A stretch of 64,000 nucleotides of DNA from contig CAVYGB010000010.1 of NCBI GenBank assembly GCA_963767925.1, positions 1,696,001 to 1,760,000 on the forward strand. Reading direction: 5' to 3'. The notes beneath the pieces were generated by a model that saw nothing but the letters and a program-made list of their open reading frames with translations, did not search any database and was not told where the DNA came from. Below, in pieces: positions 44,286 through 54,796 of this stretch (its first letter is position 1; each line of letters begins with the position of its first letter). The position numbers and the translations under genes were made by a program. The stretch comes from an uncultured delta proteobacterium. GTDB taxonomy: Bacteria; Myxococcota_A; Polyangia; Fen-1088.

Positions 44286-44597
44286 ATGCCCAAAGGTCCA
44301 CTTTCCAAGTCTGCCCTCGTCCAGACCCTCGCCGACCGCTACTCCGACAAGCTTTCCCGAAAGGACGTGAAGACCTTACTGGAGTCGATCGTTCAGCTGG
44401 GCCACGCCGAGCTCAAGAAGAACGGCATCTTCGTGCTCCCCGGCCTGGTCCGCATGGTCGTCGTGAAGAAGCCCGCCACCAAGGAGCGCAAGGGGATCAA
44501 CCCCTTCACCGGCGAGCCCACCGTGTTCAAGGCCAAGCCGGCGCGCAAGGTGATCAAGGCCCGCCCGGTCAAGGCCGCCAAGGACGCGATCGGCTAG
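44286..44597 (+). CDS. HU/IHF family DNA-binding protein
   Basis: LSKSALVQTLA, KERKGINPFTGEP, KARPVK; RBS AAAGGAG. Confidence 0.9.
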   Translation: MPKGPLSKSALVQTLADRYSDKLSRKDVKTLLESIVQLGHAELKKNGIFVLPGLVRMVVVKKPATKERKGINPFTGEPTVFKAKPARKVIKARPVKAAKDAIG

Positions 44598-44670
44598 CGG
44601 ATCCGGCGACCGCCGGGGACCCGCTGGCCGAGGCCGGCGACTGTAGACCGGCGGTCACCTCCAACCGACC

Positions 44671-45460
44671 ATGCCGCCGTCTGCCCCGGTCGAGCTCCGT
44701 GGGCTCGAGAAGTCTTTCGGAGCGCGGCGAGCGGTCGACGGGCTCACGCTGGAGGTTGCCGCTGGCGAGATATACGGCTTGCTCGGCCCCAACGGGGCCG
44801 GCAAGACCACCGCCTTGCGGATGATCGCGGGCCTGCTCGTCCCCACGGGGGGAATTGTGCGGGTTATGGGGCACGACGTGGCCCGCGACACCGACGCGGC
44901 GAAGGCGACGACTCGGGTTTCTCACCGGAAGCACGGGGCTCTACGCCCGGCTGACCGCCCGCGAGGTCCTGGCCTTCTTCGGTCGGGTCCAGGGGCTGTC
45001 CGACGACGTGCTCGAGCGGCGGATCGGGGAGGTGTCCCGGCAGCTCGCGATCGAGCGGCTGCTCGACCGCCGCTGCGAGGGGCTGTCGACCGGGGAAAAG
45101 CAGCGGGTCTCGGTGGCGCGGGCGGTGCTGCACGACCCCCCCGTCCTCGTGCTCGACGAGCCGACAAATGGCCTCGACGTGCTGGCCAGCCGGTTCCTGC
45201 GCGAGATGGTGCAAGCCGAGCGCAATCGGGGCAAGGCCGTCATCTTCTCCACCCACTACCTGGCGGAGGCCGAGCTGCTCTGCGATCGGATCGGCCTGAT
45301 GCACCGGGGCCGCCTGCTGCGCGAGGGTCCACCCGCCGAGCTGCGGGCCCAGGCCGGGGCCAGCAGCCTGGAAGAGGCCTTCCTCTCGATGGTGGAAGCG
45401 CTGGAAGGCAAGGCCGCGGGCGATGAGCTGGGCGGCGCCCCGCCCGCCCGCGGGGAGTGA
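44671..45460 (+). CDS. ABC transporter ATP-binding protein, NatA-like (frameshift ~44900)
   Basis: GPNGAGKTT, LSTGEKQRV, LDEPTNGLD, STH. Confidence 0.88.
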
Positions 45461-45467
45461 GGCGGGC

Positions 45468-47466
45468 ATGCGGCCACCCTTCGTTTGGCTGACGCTGGGC
45501 AAGGAGCTGCGCGAGACGCTGCGCGACCGGCGCACCCTCGCCGTCATGGTGCTGTTCCCGCTGGTGATCTACCCGCTGCTGGCCCTGCTGGGGACCCAGC
45601 TCGTGGCCGCCCGCAAGCGCGGCGAGGAGGCCCGCCCCTCGCAGGTGGCGGTGGCGGGCGAGGGGGTCCTGGCCGACCAGGTGCGGGCCCGCCTCGATCG
45701 ATCCCCCAAGCTATTTCGCCGTCACGGCGGCGGCAGCAAGGCCGACGTCGACAGGGGCCAGCTCGACGCCCTCGTCACCGTGGGCAGCGGCACCCGCCCC
45801 GGTCAGGCCAGCGCCGAGATCTCCTTCGACGCCACCCGCAACGAGGGCCGCCTGGCCGAGGAGCGGATCGACGCCGAGCTGGCCGGGATCTGGCCCGCCG
45901 GCTGCGCCCCCCAGTACGACATCCAGCGCGACAACCTCGCGCCCGCCACCCGCACCAGCGGCTACCTGCTGTCGAAGGTGCTGCCCCTCATGATCCTCCT
46001 GATGGTCCTGCTGGGGGCCTTCTACCCGGCCATCGACGTCACCGCCGGCGAGCGCGAGCGGGGCACGCTGGAGACCGTGCTGCTCGGCGCCCATCCCCCG
46101 CCTGCACCTGCTGGCGGGCAAGGTGCTGGCGGTGACGGTGCTGGCCAGCGTGTCGGGGCTGCTCAACCTCGTGTCGATGAGCCTGGCCCTGGTCCAGGTG
46201 GTCAACCTGGCGGCGCCCGCCTCCGAGCTGCCCGTCCCCTGGATCCGGGCCGCCGCCACCGGGCTGGTGGTGGTGCCGACCGCCTTCTTGCTGGCGGCGG
46301 TGTTCGTGGCGGTGGGCTCGCTCGCCCGCGGATTCAAGGAGGCCCAGAACCTCCTGATGCCGGTCTACTTCCTGTTCTTCGCCCCGGCCATGCTGGGGGC
46401 GATGGGCGAGCTGCCGCTGTCGCCTGGCCTGGCCCTGGTGCCGGGCCTCAACGTCAGCCTGCTGGCCCGGGACATCGCCGTCGGCAAGGCCGGCCTGGGG
46501 ACCATCGTCCTGGTGCTGGCCGCGACCGTGGCCTGCGGCATGGTGGCGCTGCTGGCGGCGGCGCGCCTGTACGTCTCCGAACGCTTTCTCGCCGCGGCCG
46601 ATCCCGAGTCGGGAGCGACCCGCCGCGCCCGGGGCGGGCCGCTGCGCCTCCGGCCCCCCTCGTCGGGTGACGCCCTGGCGATGTTCGCGGTCGGCTACCT
46701 GCTGCTGTATTTCGTGCTCATCCCCCTGCAGCGGCAGGCGCTGATCCGGGGGCTGCTCATCTCGCAGTGGCTGGGGCTGTTCGGGCTGTCGCTGCTGTAC
46801 GCGGTCGTCACCCGCCGCCCGCCCGCCCAGGCCTTCGCGCTGCGCGCGCCCCCCGCGCCGGCCTGGGCCGGGGCCGCGCTGATGGCGCTGGGGGGCTGGA
46901 TGGTCGCGAACCTGATCGGGCAGTGGGTGTTGCCGCCGCCGCCCGAATACATCGAGGCGTTCCGGCGCATGTTGTTCCCCGAGACCCTGCGGCGCGGCCT
47001 GCTGGTGAGCCTGTTTCTGTTCGCCGCCACGCCCGCGATCTGCGAGGAGCTCTTCTTCCGCGGGCTGATCCTGCGGGGGCTGATGACCCGCATGGCGCCC
47101 GGCACGGCCATCGCGCTGTGCGCGGCGATGTTCGGCATCTACCACGTCGACGTCTACCGCCTGATCCCCACCGCGCTGCTCGGCGGGATGCTCGGGTTCA
47201 TCGCCTGGCGCAGCGGCTCGGTCGGGCCGGCCATGCTGGCTCACTTCCTCAACAACGCGGTGCTGGTCCTGCTCGGATCGGCCGGGCTCGATCGCCGCCT
47301 CGACGCGCTCGGGACGCCGGCCAAGGCCGGAATGCTGGTGGTGGCGAGCCTGCTGGTGGGGCTCGGCGTCTCGGTCTTGATGCGTGTGGTGCCTCCGCCG
47401 CCGGGAGATCCGGGGGATCACCCCCCGATCGGGGGCCCACCAGGGCCTGAAGATTCATCGCGTTAA
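45468..47466 (+). CDS. ABC permease (NatB-like) fused to a CPBP/CAAX protease domain (frameshift ~46085)
   Basis: KELRETLRDRRTL, AGERERGTLET, ARGFKEAQ; EELFFRG, FGIYH, HFLNN. Confidence 0.85.
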
Positions 47467-47482
47467 TGTATTGTTCCTGACA
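47467..47482. promoter_or_regulatory. Candidate Crp/MrpC-type operator
   Basis: TGTA-N8-GACA in an AT-rich patch ending 47 bp upstream of the Crp/Fnr gene. Confidence 0.35.
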
Positions 47483-47528
47483 ATTCTCAGTTGTGGACGG
47501 AGTCTGCCTTCTGCTACACAAGGGCGTC

Positions 47529-48224
47529 ATGCCAACGGCCGAAGAAAAGCGAATCCTCGGCGTCCTGAGAAAATCCCCCGCTCTCGTCGAGGCGCCTGCC
47601 GAGTCCCTGAACAAGCTGATGGCCGGCGCGCAGTTCGCGACCTACCGCGCCCGTCAGGTGGTGTACCTCCCCGGAGACCGCGCCTCCGGTGTCTATTTCG
47701 TCGGCAATGGCCGGGTGAAGATCTCCAAGGTGACCCGCGACGGCAAGGAGCTCACCCTCGCCTACCGGGCCACCGGCGACTTCTTCGGCGAGACCTGCCT
47801 GCTCGACGGCGGCCCCCGCGAGGAGATGGTCGAGGCCATGGAGCCTTGCACGGCCGTCGAGATCCCGCAGGACCAGCTCGACCAGCTGCTGAAGACCAAC
47901 GTCGACGTCGCTTACCCCTTGATCCGAACCTTGATCACGCGCCGGCGTGACCTGGAGGCCAAGGTCGAGCAGCTCATCTTCAAGGACGTCGGGTCCAAGC
48001 TGGCGGAGCTGCTGCTGCGCCTCGGCTCCGAGCACGGGATCGAGAACAAGAAGGGCCTGGTCCTGGGGCTGAAGATCACCCACCAGGAGATGGCCAACCT
48101 GATCGGGTCGACGCGCGAGACGGTGTCGCTGACGCTGTCCCAGTTCAAGCGCAAGGGCTACATCACGACCGAAGGCCGCAAGGTCATCCTCGCCGACACC
48201 GAAGGCCTGCGGGCTCTGGCCTAG
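47529..48224 (+). CDS. Crp/Fnr family transcriptional regulator (MrpC-like)
   Basis: Cyclic-nucleotide-binding fold (YLPGD, GRVKI, FFGE); HTH ITHQEMANLIGSTRETVS. Confidence 0.88.
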   Translation: MPTAEEKRILGVLRKSPALVEAPAESLNKLMAGAQFATYRARQVVYLPGDRASGVYFVGNGRVKISKVTRDGKELTLAYRATGDFFGETCLLDGGPREEMVEAMEPCTAVEIPQDQLDQLLKTNVDVAYPLIRTLITRRRDLEAKVEQLIFKDVGSKLAELLLRLGSEHGIENKKGLVLGLKITHQEMANLIGSTRETVSLTLSQFKRKGYITTEGRKVILADTEGLRALA

Positions 48225-48241
48225 CAGCCCCTACGTCGGAG

Positions 48242-48285
48242 CCCCTCACCCCTCCCTCTCCCCGCTGCCGCGGGACGAGGGCGAA
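48242..48285 (+). repeat. CCCTCACCC-type REP-like repeat
   Basis: CCCCTCACCCCTCCCTCTCCCCGCTGCCGCGGGACGAGGGCGAA. Confidence 0.75.
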
Positions 48286-48313
48286 TAGCCGGCGGAGGTG
48301 CCTCGGTCAGCGC

Positions 48314-48679
48314 TCAGGGGGCGCGGTAGAGGAACAGCGGCAGCACGGGGGCCGCATCGTAGGCCAGGCCGATCGGGCGTGGCCGGGCGTGGGGCGCCCA
48401 GGCCGGCTCGGCCCAGAGGCGATCGCCGGGCAGCAGTCCGTGGGAGCGCGGGTGGCGGCGCGGATCGAAGCTTCGCTCCGGTGTCATCCGCTCGAGGCGG
48501 TACATCCGCTCCATGCCGGTGCTCTGGCAGCGGCGGGGCAGCGGGCGCTCGACGTTGAACAGCGCCACCGTGCCCCAGTACCCAAAGGCCAGCAGGCCCA
48601 GGCCGAGCAGCGCGCGCGGCTGCTGCCAGCGGGGTCGTCCGGTTCGATACCGCGTTCGATTCGGCGCCGTCCCCATCAT
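48314..48679 (-). CDS. Hypothetical membrane-anchored protein
   Basis: One TM segment; starts just after the PLD stop. Confidence 0.5.
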   Translation of the reverse strand: MMGTAPNRTRYRTGRPRWQQPRALLGLGLLAFGYWGTVALFNVERPLPRRCQSTGMERMYRLERMTPERSFDPRRHPRSHGLLPGDRLWAEPAWAPHARPRPIGLAYDAAPVLPLFLYRAP

Positions 48680-48684
48680 GTCGG

Positions 48685-50346
48685 CTAGCCTAGCGCCGCG
48701 GTCCCGGAGCGTCCACCGCGCCGGCGCGGAGCCGATGGGCGTTCCCCGCGCACACGCTCCCACAGCTCGCGGATCCCGATGCGAAACAGCGAGCGCTGCT
48801 GGGCCGCCTCCGCCACGTCCGGGTCCAGCTCGGACTCGGGGTCGAAGGGGAGGGCCCGGGGATCGATCAGGGTCAGCGCCCGGGCCTGCTCGGCGGTGGG
48901 CGGGGGCAGGCTGCGCAGGCGACCTTGACCACGCGCCACCAGGCCGTCGAGGTATTCCACCAGCCCCCCGACCCGGGCCAGCGCCCGCACCCGGGCCGCG
49001 CCCTGAGCCCCGAGGTGCTCGGCCAGCAGGCTCACCCGCACGCGGCGAACCGCCCGCACCAGGGCGGGGTTGGCGCCAGGCAGGCCCTCCCAGGAGGCGT
49101 TGAGCTCGGTGTCGAGGTCCATGCTGCGGTTGGTGAAGTTGGCCGAGCCCACGTTCAGGTAGCGGTCATCGACGATGGTCAGCTTGGAATGGATGTACGT
49201 GGCCTTCTCCCGGCGCCCGTTGCCCTTGCGACCGCCCTCGCCCCGGGGCGCGCCGTTCGCCGACACAGCGGCCACCGAGTAGTAGGCCCCGAGGCGGTTG
49301 CCGGTCTCGCGCGCGACCCGGCGCAGGCATTCCATGTTCTGGGCCTGGCGCAGGCCCACCGCGATCTCCTCCTTGACCGCCTCGGCCCGCTGGTTGAGGA
49401 CCAGGACCACCTCGAGGGGTCCGCGCCGGCCGCGGCGGGGGGCGCGCAGGCGCCGCTCGAGGCTCTCGCACAGGCGCCGGCTGCTGAAGTACTGGGTCTC
49501 GATGTAGATGAGATCCTCGCTGGCCGCGATGGCGTCTTCGAGCTGGGTCCGGATCTCGAAGGCCGACTCCCGGGCGGTCTTGCGCGGGTCGGTGCGGCTG
49601 AGGGCCACCCGGCCCGCGGGCATCGTCAGAGCGCCGCGCGGCTGGTAGCGGCGGGCGGTGGGCGGCGGCGGGCAGGGGCGCAGCCGCAGGGGATCGCCCC
49701 CCGAGCGCTTCCAGCGCTCGCAGAACAGCTCGGACAGCGCGCTGCCCACCGCCGGACCGGAGAAGTAGGCCTGCACGTCGTGGTACGGCTTCTGGGGCCG
49801 GCCCCGGGTCAGGCGGGAGGGGTTGCTGGCCAGGTGGCGGCGGTCGTCCCAGCGCGACTCGCACAGGTCGATCCCCCCGAGAAAAGAGAGCCAGCCGTCG
49901 ATGACCACGAACTTCTGGTGGTGACAGCCGCCCGGCGGGTGGCAATCGTCGAACCGGAAGCGCAGCCGTTCGTGGGTGGCCCAGTGAAAATACATCTGCT
50001 GCATCCACTCGCGCTCGAGGGCGAACACGACGTGGAAGTCCCAGGCGAGGACGTACACCTCCAGCTCGGGACGGATCTGACACAGGTGATCGAGCAGCTT
50101 GAGCAGCCGGACCTCACCCCCCACGGGGGCGGCCAGCTTCACGTCTTCGTCCCGCAGGAGCTGCACGCCGCGGTCGAACTGCCAGCCAGACAGGATGATG
50201 TGGCGCCGGGCCTGCAACGCCGCCTTGTAGAAGGCGGCGTAGTAGTCCTTGGCGTCGACCAGGAGGCCGCATCGGTCCGCGCGCGGTTGCTTCCAGGCGT
50301 TGCGGCCTGGCGCGACGATGCGGCCTCGGGGTCGATTGGATGCCAC
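48685..50346 (-). CDS. Phospholipase D family protein
   Basis: Two HKD motifs (HQKFVVID, HSKLTIVD); GSANFTNRS. Confidence 0.92.
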   Translation of the reverse strand: MASNRPRGRIVAPGRNAWKQPRADRCGLLVDAKDYYAAFYKAALQARRHIILSGWQFDRGVQLLRDEDVKLAAPVGGEVRLLKLLDHLCQIRPELEVYVLAWDFHVVFALEREWMQQMYFHWATHERLRFRFDDCHPPGGCHHQKFVVIDGWLSFLGGIDLCESRWDDRRHLASNPSRLTRGRPQKPYHDVQAYFSGPAVGSALSELFCERWKRSGGDPLRLRPCPPPPTARRYQPRGALTMPAGRVALSRTDPRKTARESAFEIRTQLEDAIAASEDLIYIETQYFSSRRLCESLERRLRAPRRGRRGPLEVVLVLNQRAEAVKEEIAVGLRQAQNMECLRRVARETGNRLGAYYSVAAVSANGAPRGEGGRKGNGRREKATYIHSKLTIVDDRYLNVGSANFTNRSMDLDTELNASWEGLPGANPALVRAVRRVRVSLLAEHLGAQGAARVRALARVGGLVEYLDGLVARGQGRLRSLPPPTAEQARALTLIDPRALPFDPESELDPDVAEAAQQRSLFRIGIRELWERVRGERPSAPRRRGGRSGTAALG

Positions 50347-50354
50347 GGGGTCGG

Positions 50355-51065
50355 TTACCGAGCCTCGGGGCCGACCTTGAGCAGGTCGTTCACCTGGCGA
50401 ACGCCGTTGGTGGTCTTGGCGATCTCCACCGCCCGCTTGTGGGCGGCCTCGGAGGGCACCGTCCCGCGCAGGGTGATCACGCCGTCTCGCTCGGAGTCGA
50501 CGTTGATCTGGTGGGCCTTGACCAGGTCATCGGCGGCCAGCTTCACCTTGACCGAGGCGCTGATCAGCGGGTCGATCTTGTCGTTGGCCCGGCCCGTCTC
50601 GGTGGCCGGCGGCGGCAGGGTGCCGGTCCGATCGACGTGCACCTTGGCGGCCTCGGCCTGGCGATCGACGCTCTCCTTGCTGGCCTCGGCCTGCTTGTCG
50701 ACGTTGTCCTTGGTGGACTCGGCGCGCTGATCGATCCGCTCCTTCTCGGTGGAGGCGCGCTCCTCGACCCGGGCCTTGGCCTTGTCGGGGTCGACCTCCA
50801 GCGTGTTGGTCACGGTTGTCACGCCCTTGACCTTGGCCAGCTTGGCGGCCTTGGCCTTCTCGGTCGCGGTGGCGACCTCGCCGGTCAAGGTGGCCACGCC
50901 GTTCTCCACGTCCACGTCGACGTGGCCGAGCTTGCTCGCCTTGAGCCGCGCGTCGATCCGGTCCTCGATGGTGTCGTCGGTCGAGCCGGCCCGAGCCCCG
51001 GACGAGACACCGAGTCCGAGAGTCAGAGCGAAAGCGGTCGCCACGAACAGCCGTTGCATACGCAT
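50355..51065 (-). CDS. BON-domain (OsmY-like) exported protein
   Basis: Signal peptide; two BON repeats (VENGVATLTG, RDGVITLRG). Confidence 0.88.
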   Translation of the reverse strand: MRMQRLFVATAFALTLGLGVSSGARAGSTDDTIEDRIDARLKASKLGHVDVDVENGVATLTGEVATATEKAKAAKLAKVKGVTTVTNTLEVDPDKAKARVEERASTEKERIDQRAESTKDNVDKQAEASKESVDRQAEAAKVHVDRTGTLPPPATETGRANDKIDPLISASVKVKLAADDLVKAHQINVDSERDGVITLRGTVPSEAAHKRAVEIAKTTNGVRQVNDLLKVGPEAR

Positions 51066-51191
51066 TTTACGTTCCTCCACAGAGTTGTTGACGGAAGGAA
51101 GGTAATGCCGGCACGGACAGGCGCTACCCCGGGGGACCACTCAGAAGCGCCCCCGTCAGTAGGGGCGCGGTGATCGGGGTCGGCGGCGCCG

Positions 51192-52175
51192 TCAGATCCG
51201 TGACGCCGGGTGCGACTCGGCGGTCGACAACCACATGCGCACCATCAGCCGCCGGGCGTCGTGGCCGCTGTCATCGAAGGGGCGGCGGTTGTGGGCGATG
51301 AGGTTGTTGTTCACGAACAACATGTCGCCGCGTCTCATCTGGAACTGCATGCAGGCTGCGGGATCGCGCAGGGCCTGGTCCAGGCGATCGAGGGCGAGCT
51401 GCTGGGCGGGGCGCAGGGCCAGCTCGGCCTGGCGGTAGCCGGTCTCGATGCCCGCGCGGGCGTAGTCGAAGCGCAGGCCGATGGCCCCGTCCTGGTGGGC
51501 GAACACCGGGCGGCTCGATCGATCGTACAAGGTGCCGTCGCTCTCCCGGATCCAGGGGGCGTAGAGCTCGTCGATCAGGTGGCCATAGCGATCCCACAAC
51601 AGGTCGCGCGCGCGCAGGGCACTGCTGAGCTGATATTCGCCGCCCTGGCGGGCCGGGCGCAGGCACAAGGTGCCGACCAGATCCGGCACCTCGCCCCCCG
51701 CGTTGCTGTCGGTGTGAAAGGCGGTCTCGGCCTGGGGGCAGCGGCCCAGCACGTCCATCGGGCGCGAGCAGGTGTCGCGGGGGGTGATGTCGAGCAACAA
51801 CGTGGAGCTCGAGACGGGGGCGCCGAGCTGCAGGCCGATCAGCAAGTAGGCCCAGCGCAAGACCTCGTCGGGCAGGTCGACCTCCGGCGAGCAGAGCCCC
51901 ACCACGTAGACGATGCCGCTGCCACCCACCAGCTCGCCGAGGAGCTGCTCGCCGAACAGGTTCAGATCGCTGGGCGGCCACTTCAGGCGGGCGACGGTCT
52001 CGTAGCGCTGCCCGGAGCGGGCCAGCGACCGACACAGATCGAGCAGCTCCGGCTTGAAGGTGCGGGGAAGGACCGAGAACCAGAGCGAGGAGCGAGAGAT
52101 CAGCTCCCGCCGCGACCACCCCCAGGGAGGGAGGATGGAAGGAACGGAGGCCTGGAAGGGAGGACGCCCGAGCAT
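51192..52175 (-). CDS. TauD/TfdA family Fe(II)/2-oxoglutarate dioxygenase (start uncertain)
   Basis: FHTD, LCLRPARQGG, GDMLFVNN..IAHNR..F, R.MVRMWL. Confidence 0.8.
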   Translation of the reverse strand: MLGRPPFQASVPSILPPWGWSRRELISRSSLWFSVLPRTFKPELLDLCRSLARSGQRYETVARLKWPPSDLNLFGEQLLGELVGGSGIVYVVGLCSPEVDLPDEVLRWAYLLIGLQLGAPVSSSTLLLDITPRDTCSRPMDVLGRCPQAETAFHTDSNAGGEVPDLVGTLCLRPARQGGEYQLSSALRARDLLWDRYGHLIDELYAPWIRESDGTLYDRSSRPVFAHQDGAIGLRFDYARAGIETGYRQAELALRPAQQLALDRLDQALRDPAACMQFQMRRGDMLFVNNNLIAHNRRPFDDSGHDARRLMVRMWLSTAESHPASRI

Positions 52176-52446
52176 GGCAGCCCTTGTGCTGCCATTACCT
52201 TACGCTCATTTACCAGGCCCCGACAAGACAACTCGGCCAGGCCCCGAGTCGTCGGAGTCGCTGAAGAGCGCTGCGGGCTCTCGAGAAGAGGGCCTTCGGG
52301 CGGCCAGGCAATCGCGGATCGATTACCGACGATTACACGGTCGCCGGTCGAGCGCTCGATTGGCGCGGGCGCGCGGCCGATCCGACGCAGGCGCGCGCTC
52401 GCTCGAGTCGCGGGCGCGCGGGGATCGGGCGCGGGCGGGCCGGGGT

Positions 52447-52854
52447 TTACCAGCCGCCGCGGCGACCGCGGCCCTCGACACCCTCGCGGCCGGCTTCGCG
52501 GCCGCGGCCGCCCCCACCGCCCCCACCGCCGGCGTAGCCGCCGCCGGGCTCACCTCCCCAGCCACCACCCCCACCGGCGCCCGCACCGCCGCCGGCGCGA
52601 GGCGCGCGCGCGCGGGCCTCGCCGACGTTGATGGGGCGGCCCGAGACCTCGCGCCCGTTGAGGGTCTGGATGGCCTGGCTGGCGTGGTCGTCGCTGGCCA
52701 TCTCGACGAAGGCGAAGCCACGGGAGCGGCCCGTGTCTCGATCCGTCACGACCTTGACCTCGACGACGTTCCTCCCACCCTCCTCGAACACCTCTCGCAG
52801 CTCCTGCTCCGTAACCCTGTAGGACAGATTCCCGACGAAGAGCCTCGTTCCCAT
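52447..52854 (-). CDS. RRM RNA-binding protein with Gly-rich tail
   Basis: RNP2 LFVGNL, RNP1 RGFAFVEM; RBS AAGGAG. Confidence 0.92.
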   Translation of the reverse strand: MGTRLFVGNLSYRVTEQELREVFEEGGRNVVEVKVVTDRDTGRSRGFAFVEMASDDHASQAIQTLNGREVSGRPINVGEARARAPRAGGGAGAGGGGGWGGEPGGGYAGGGGGGGGRGREAGREGVEGRGRRGGW

Positions 52855-52984
52855 GGCGTTCTCTCCTTCACTTGCTGCTGCCCGGACAGCACGTGGGGCC
52901 GGCCGCCGGATTTTCGAGAAATGCACAGCGACCGGTCGCTACATCAGTCCGCCTTTCGGACACTCAGGGGGGCCAGGGCAGAGG

Positions 52985-53148
52985 CTAGTGCACCGCTCGC
53001 GAAATATCGTCAAGGCTGCGCCGACGATCCTGCGCCCCCGCTTCGTTGCTCCTCCTCGGAATATGCCGGATATTCGTCGTCGTCGCGCCTCGCGGGGCCG
53101 CAGGCTTGTCGGCGGATCCTTGACGCTATTTCGAGAGCGGTGCACTAG
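52985..53148. mobile_element. Palindromic MITE-like element, family B, copy 2
   Basis: Matches 199-363 except one substitution and one 1-bp indel; CTAG at both ends. Confidence 0.85.
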
Positions 53149-53471
53149 TCTTCGGGCGTGACAGTCGGGGTGGGAGTCCGGCGCCTCTGAACGGTCTCGC
53201 TGGCGAGACCGGAAGTGCACAGCCACGCGACGCGGGAAGCACGACCAAGAACCCGATGTAGGTCTTCGACGGTATCAGCGCACGTTGACCCTGTCGAGGG
53301 CTTTGTTTCCACATGCACCCCGTTGTCGCTTCGTTGTCGGTTGGTCGTATTTTCGTTCTCGTCTCGTTCGGGGGCTCGTTGACGAATTTGCGACAAAGAA
53401 CGGTACTGGCCCGTACGGGGAAGGCGGGGAAGTTCAAGCGGCCCGCGCTTTATGTCGAGCTTGCCTGGACG

Positions 53472-54683
53472 ATGAAGCGGATCCTGTTCGTCGACGACGA
53501 GCCCAATGTCCTCGACGGCTTGCGCAGCTTGCTGCGCAAGCAGCGCAAGCAGTGGGAAATGAGCTTCGTCAACGGAGGCGAGGAGGCCTTGAACGAGCTG
53601 CTCGCCTCCCCCTACGACGTCATCGTGTCGGACATGCGCATGCCGGGGATGGACGGCGCCACCCTGCTGCGCAAGGTCCAGCAGGACTATCCCTACATCG
53701 TGCGCATCGTGCTGTCGGGGCAGACCGAGCAGGAGATCTCGCGCCGCATGGTGCACGTGGCCCACCAGTTCCTGTCAAAGCCGTGTGATGGCCGGGAGCT
53801 GACCCGGGTGATCGACCACGCCTGCCGGCTGCAGGCGCTGCTCGAGCACCCCGCCCTCCGCCAGGCGGTGGCGCAGATCGGCCAGCTCCCGGTCAAACCG
53901 GGCCTCTATTCCCGCCTGGTGCAGGTGCTCGAGAACCCGAGCTCGTCGATGGCCGACGCGGCGGCGGTCGTCGAGCGGGACACCGTCACGGCGCCCCGGA
54001 TGTTGCAGCTGGCGAACTCGACCTCCTTCGGGCTGCCGCAGGCGGTCCCCGACGTCACCAGCGCGGTGACCTTCCTGGGCCCCGAGACCGTCAAGACGCT
54101 CGCGCTGTGGACCGAGGTGCGGCACGCCCAGGCCGTGTCGCCCTGCCCGGGGTACAACCCCGAGCTGGCCCAGGAGCAGAGCCTGCTGGCGGCGCGGATC
54201 GGCCGGCGGTTGATGAGCGACAAGGTGCACGGGCAAGACGCCTTCTCGGCCGCCCTGCTCCGCGACCTCGGCAGCCTGGTCCTGCAGGCCCGCCTGCCCG
54301 AGCAGTTCCGGCGCATCGTGGACCAGGCGCGGGCGAGCCGGCGGCCGATCTTCGAGGTCGAGACCGAGGTGATCGGGGTTTCGCACGCCGAGATCGGGGC
54401 CTATCTGCTGAGCATCTGGGGCCTGCCGTACAGCATCGTGGAGGCGGTGGCCCACCACCAGGCTCCCCAGGCGGCGGGCTCGACAAGCCTCGATACGGTG
54501 TCAGCGGTGCACATCGCCAGCGCGCTGGCCGAGGAGACCCTGCGCATCGACCGCGAGCGGCACGTCGGCTCGGGCATCGGACTCGACATGGGCCTGGTCG
54601 AGACCCTGAACCTCGACGATCAGATGCCGGGCTGGCGGCAGATGGCCGCCGAGGAGGCCCGGCGCAGCGCCCGCACCGGCTGA
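53472..54683 (+). CDS. Response regulator (REC) with HDOD output domain
   Basis: ILFVDDE, SDMRMPGMDG, LSKP; LANS..FG, LLRDLG, HAEIGAYLL..WGLP. Confidence 0.9.
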   Translation: MKRILFVDDEPNVLDGLRSLLRKQRKQWEMSFVNGGEEALNELLASPYDVIVSDMRMPGMDGATLLRKVQQDYPYIVRIVLSGQTEQEISRRMVHVAHQFLSKPCDGRELTRVIDHACRLQALLEHPALRQAVAQIGQLPVKPGLYSRLVQVLENPSSSMADAAAVVERDTVTAPRMLQLANSTSFGLPQAVPDVTSAVTFLGPETVKTLALWTEVRHAQAVSPCPGYNPELAQEQSLLAARIGRRLMSDKVHGQDAFSAALLRDLGSLVLQARLPEQFRRIVDQARASRRPIFEVETEVIGVSHAEIGAYLLSIWGLPYSIVEAVAHHQAPQAAGSTSLDTVSAVHIASALAEETLRIDRERHVGSGIGLDMGLVETLNLDDQMPGWRQMAAEEARRSARTG

Positions 54684-54796
54684 GCGGCTCGCCGGACCCG
54701 CGCAGCGCGGGAACCCGGCTCTCGTGCGGCGACCGTCGCCAGGCGGCCAGGGACTGTTTTCGAAGTGTCGGGTTCCCTCGCTTCGCTCGGGCCCGA

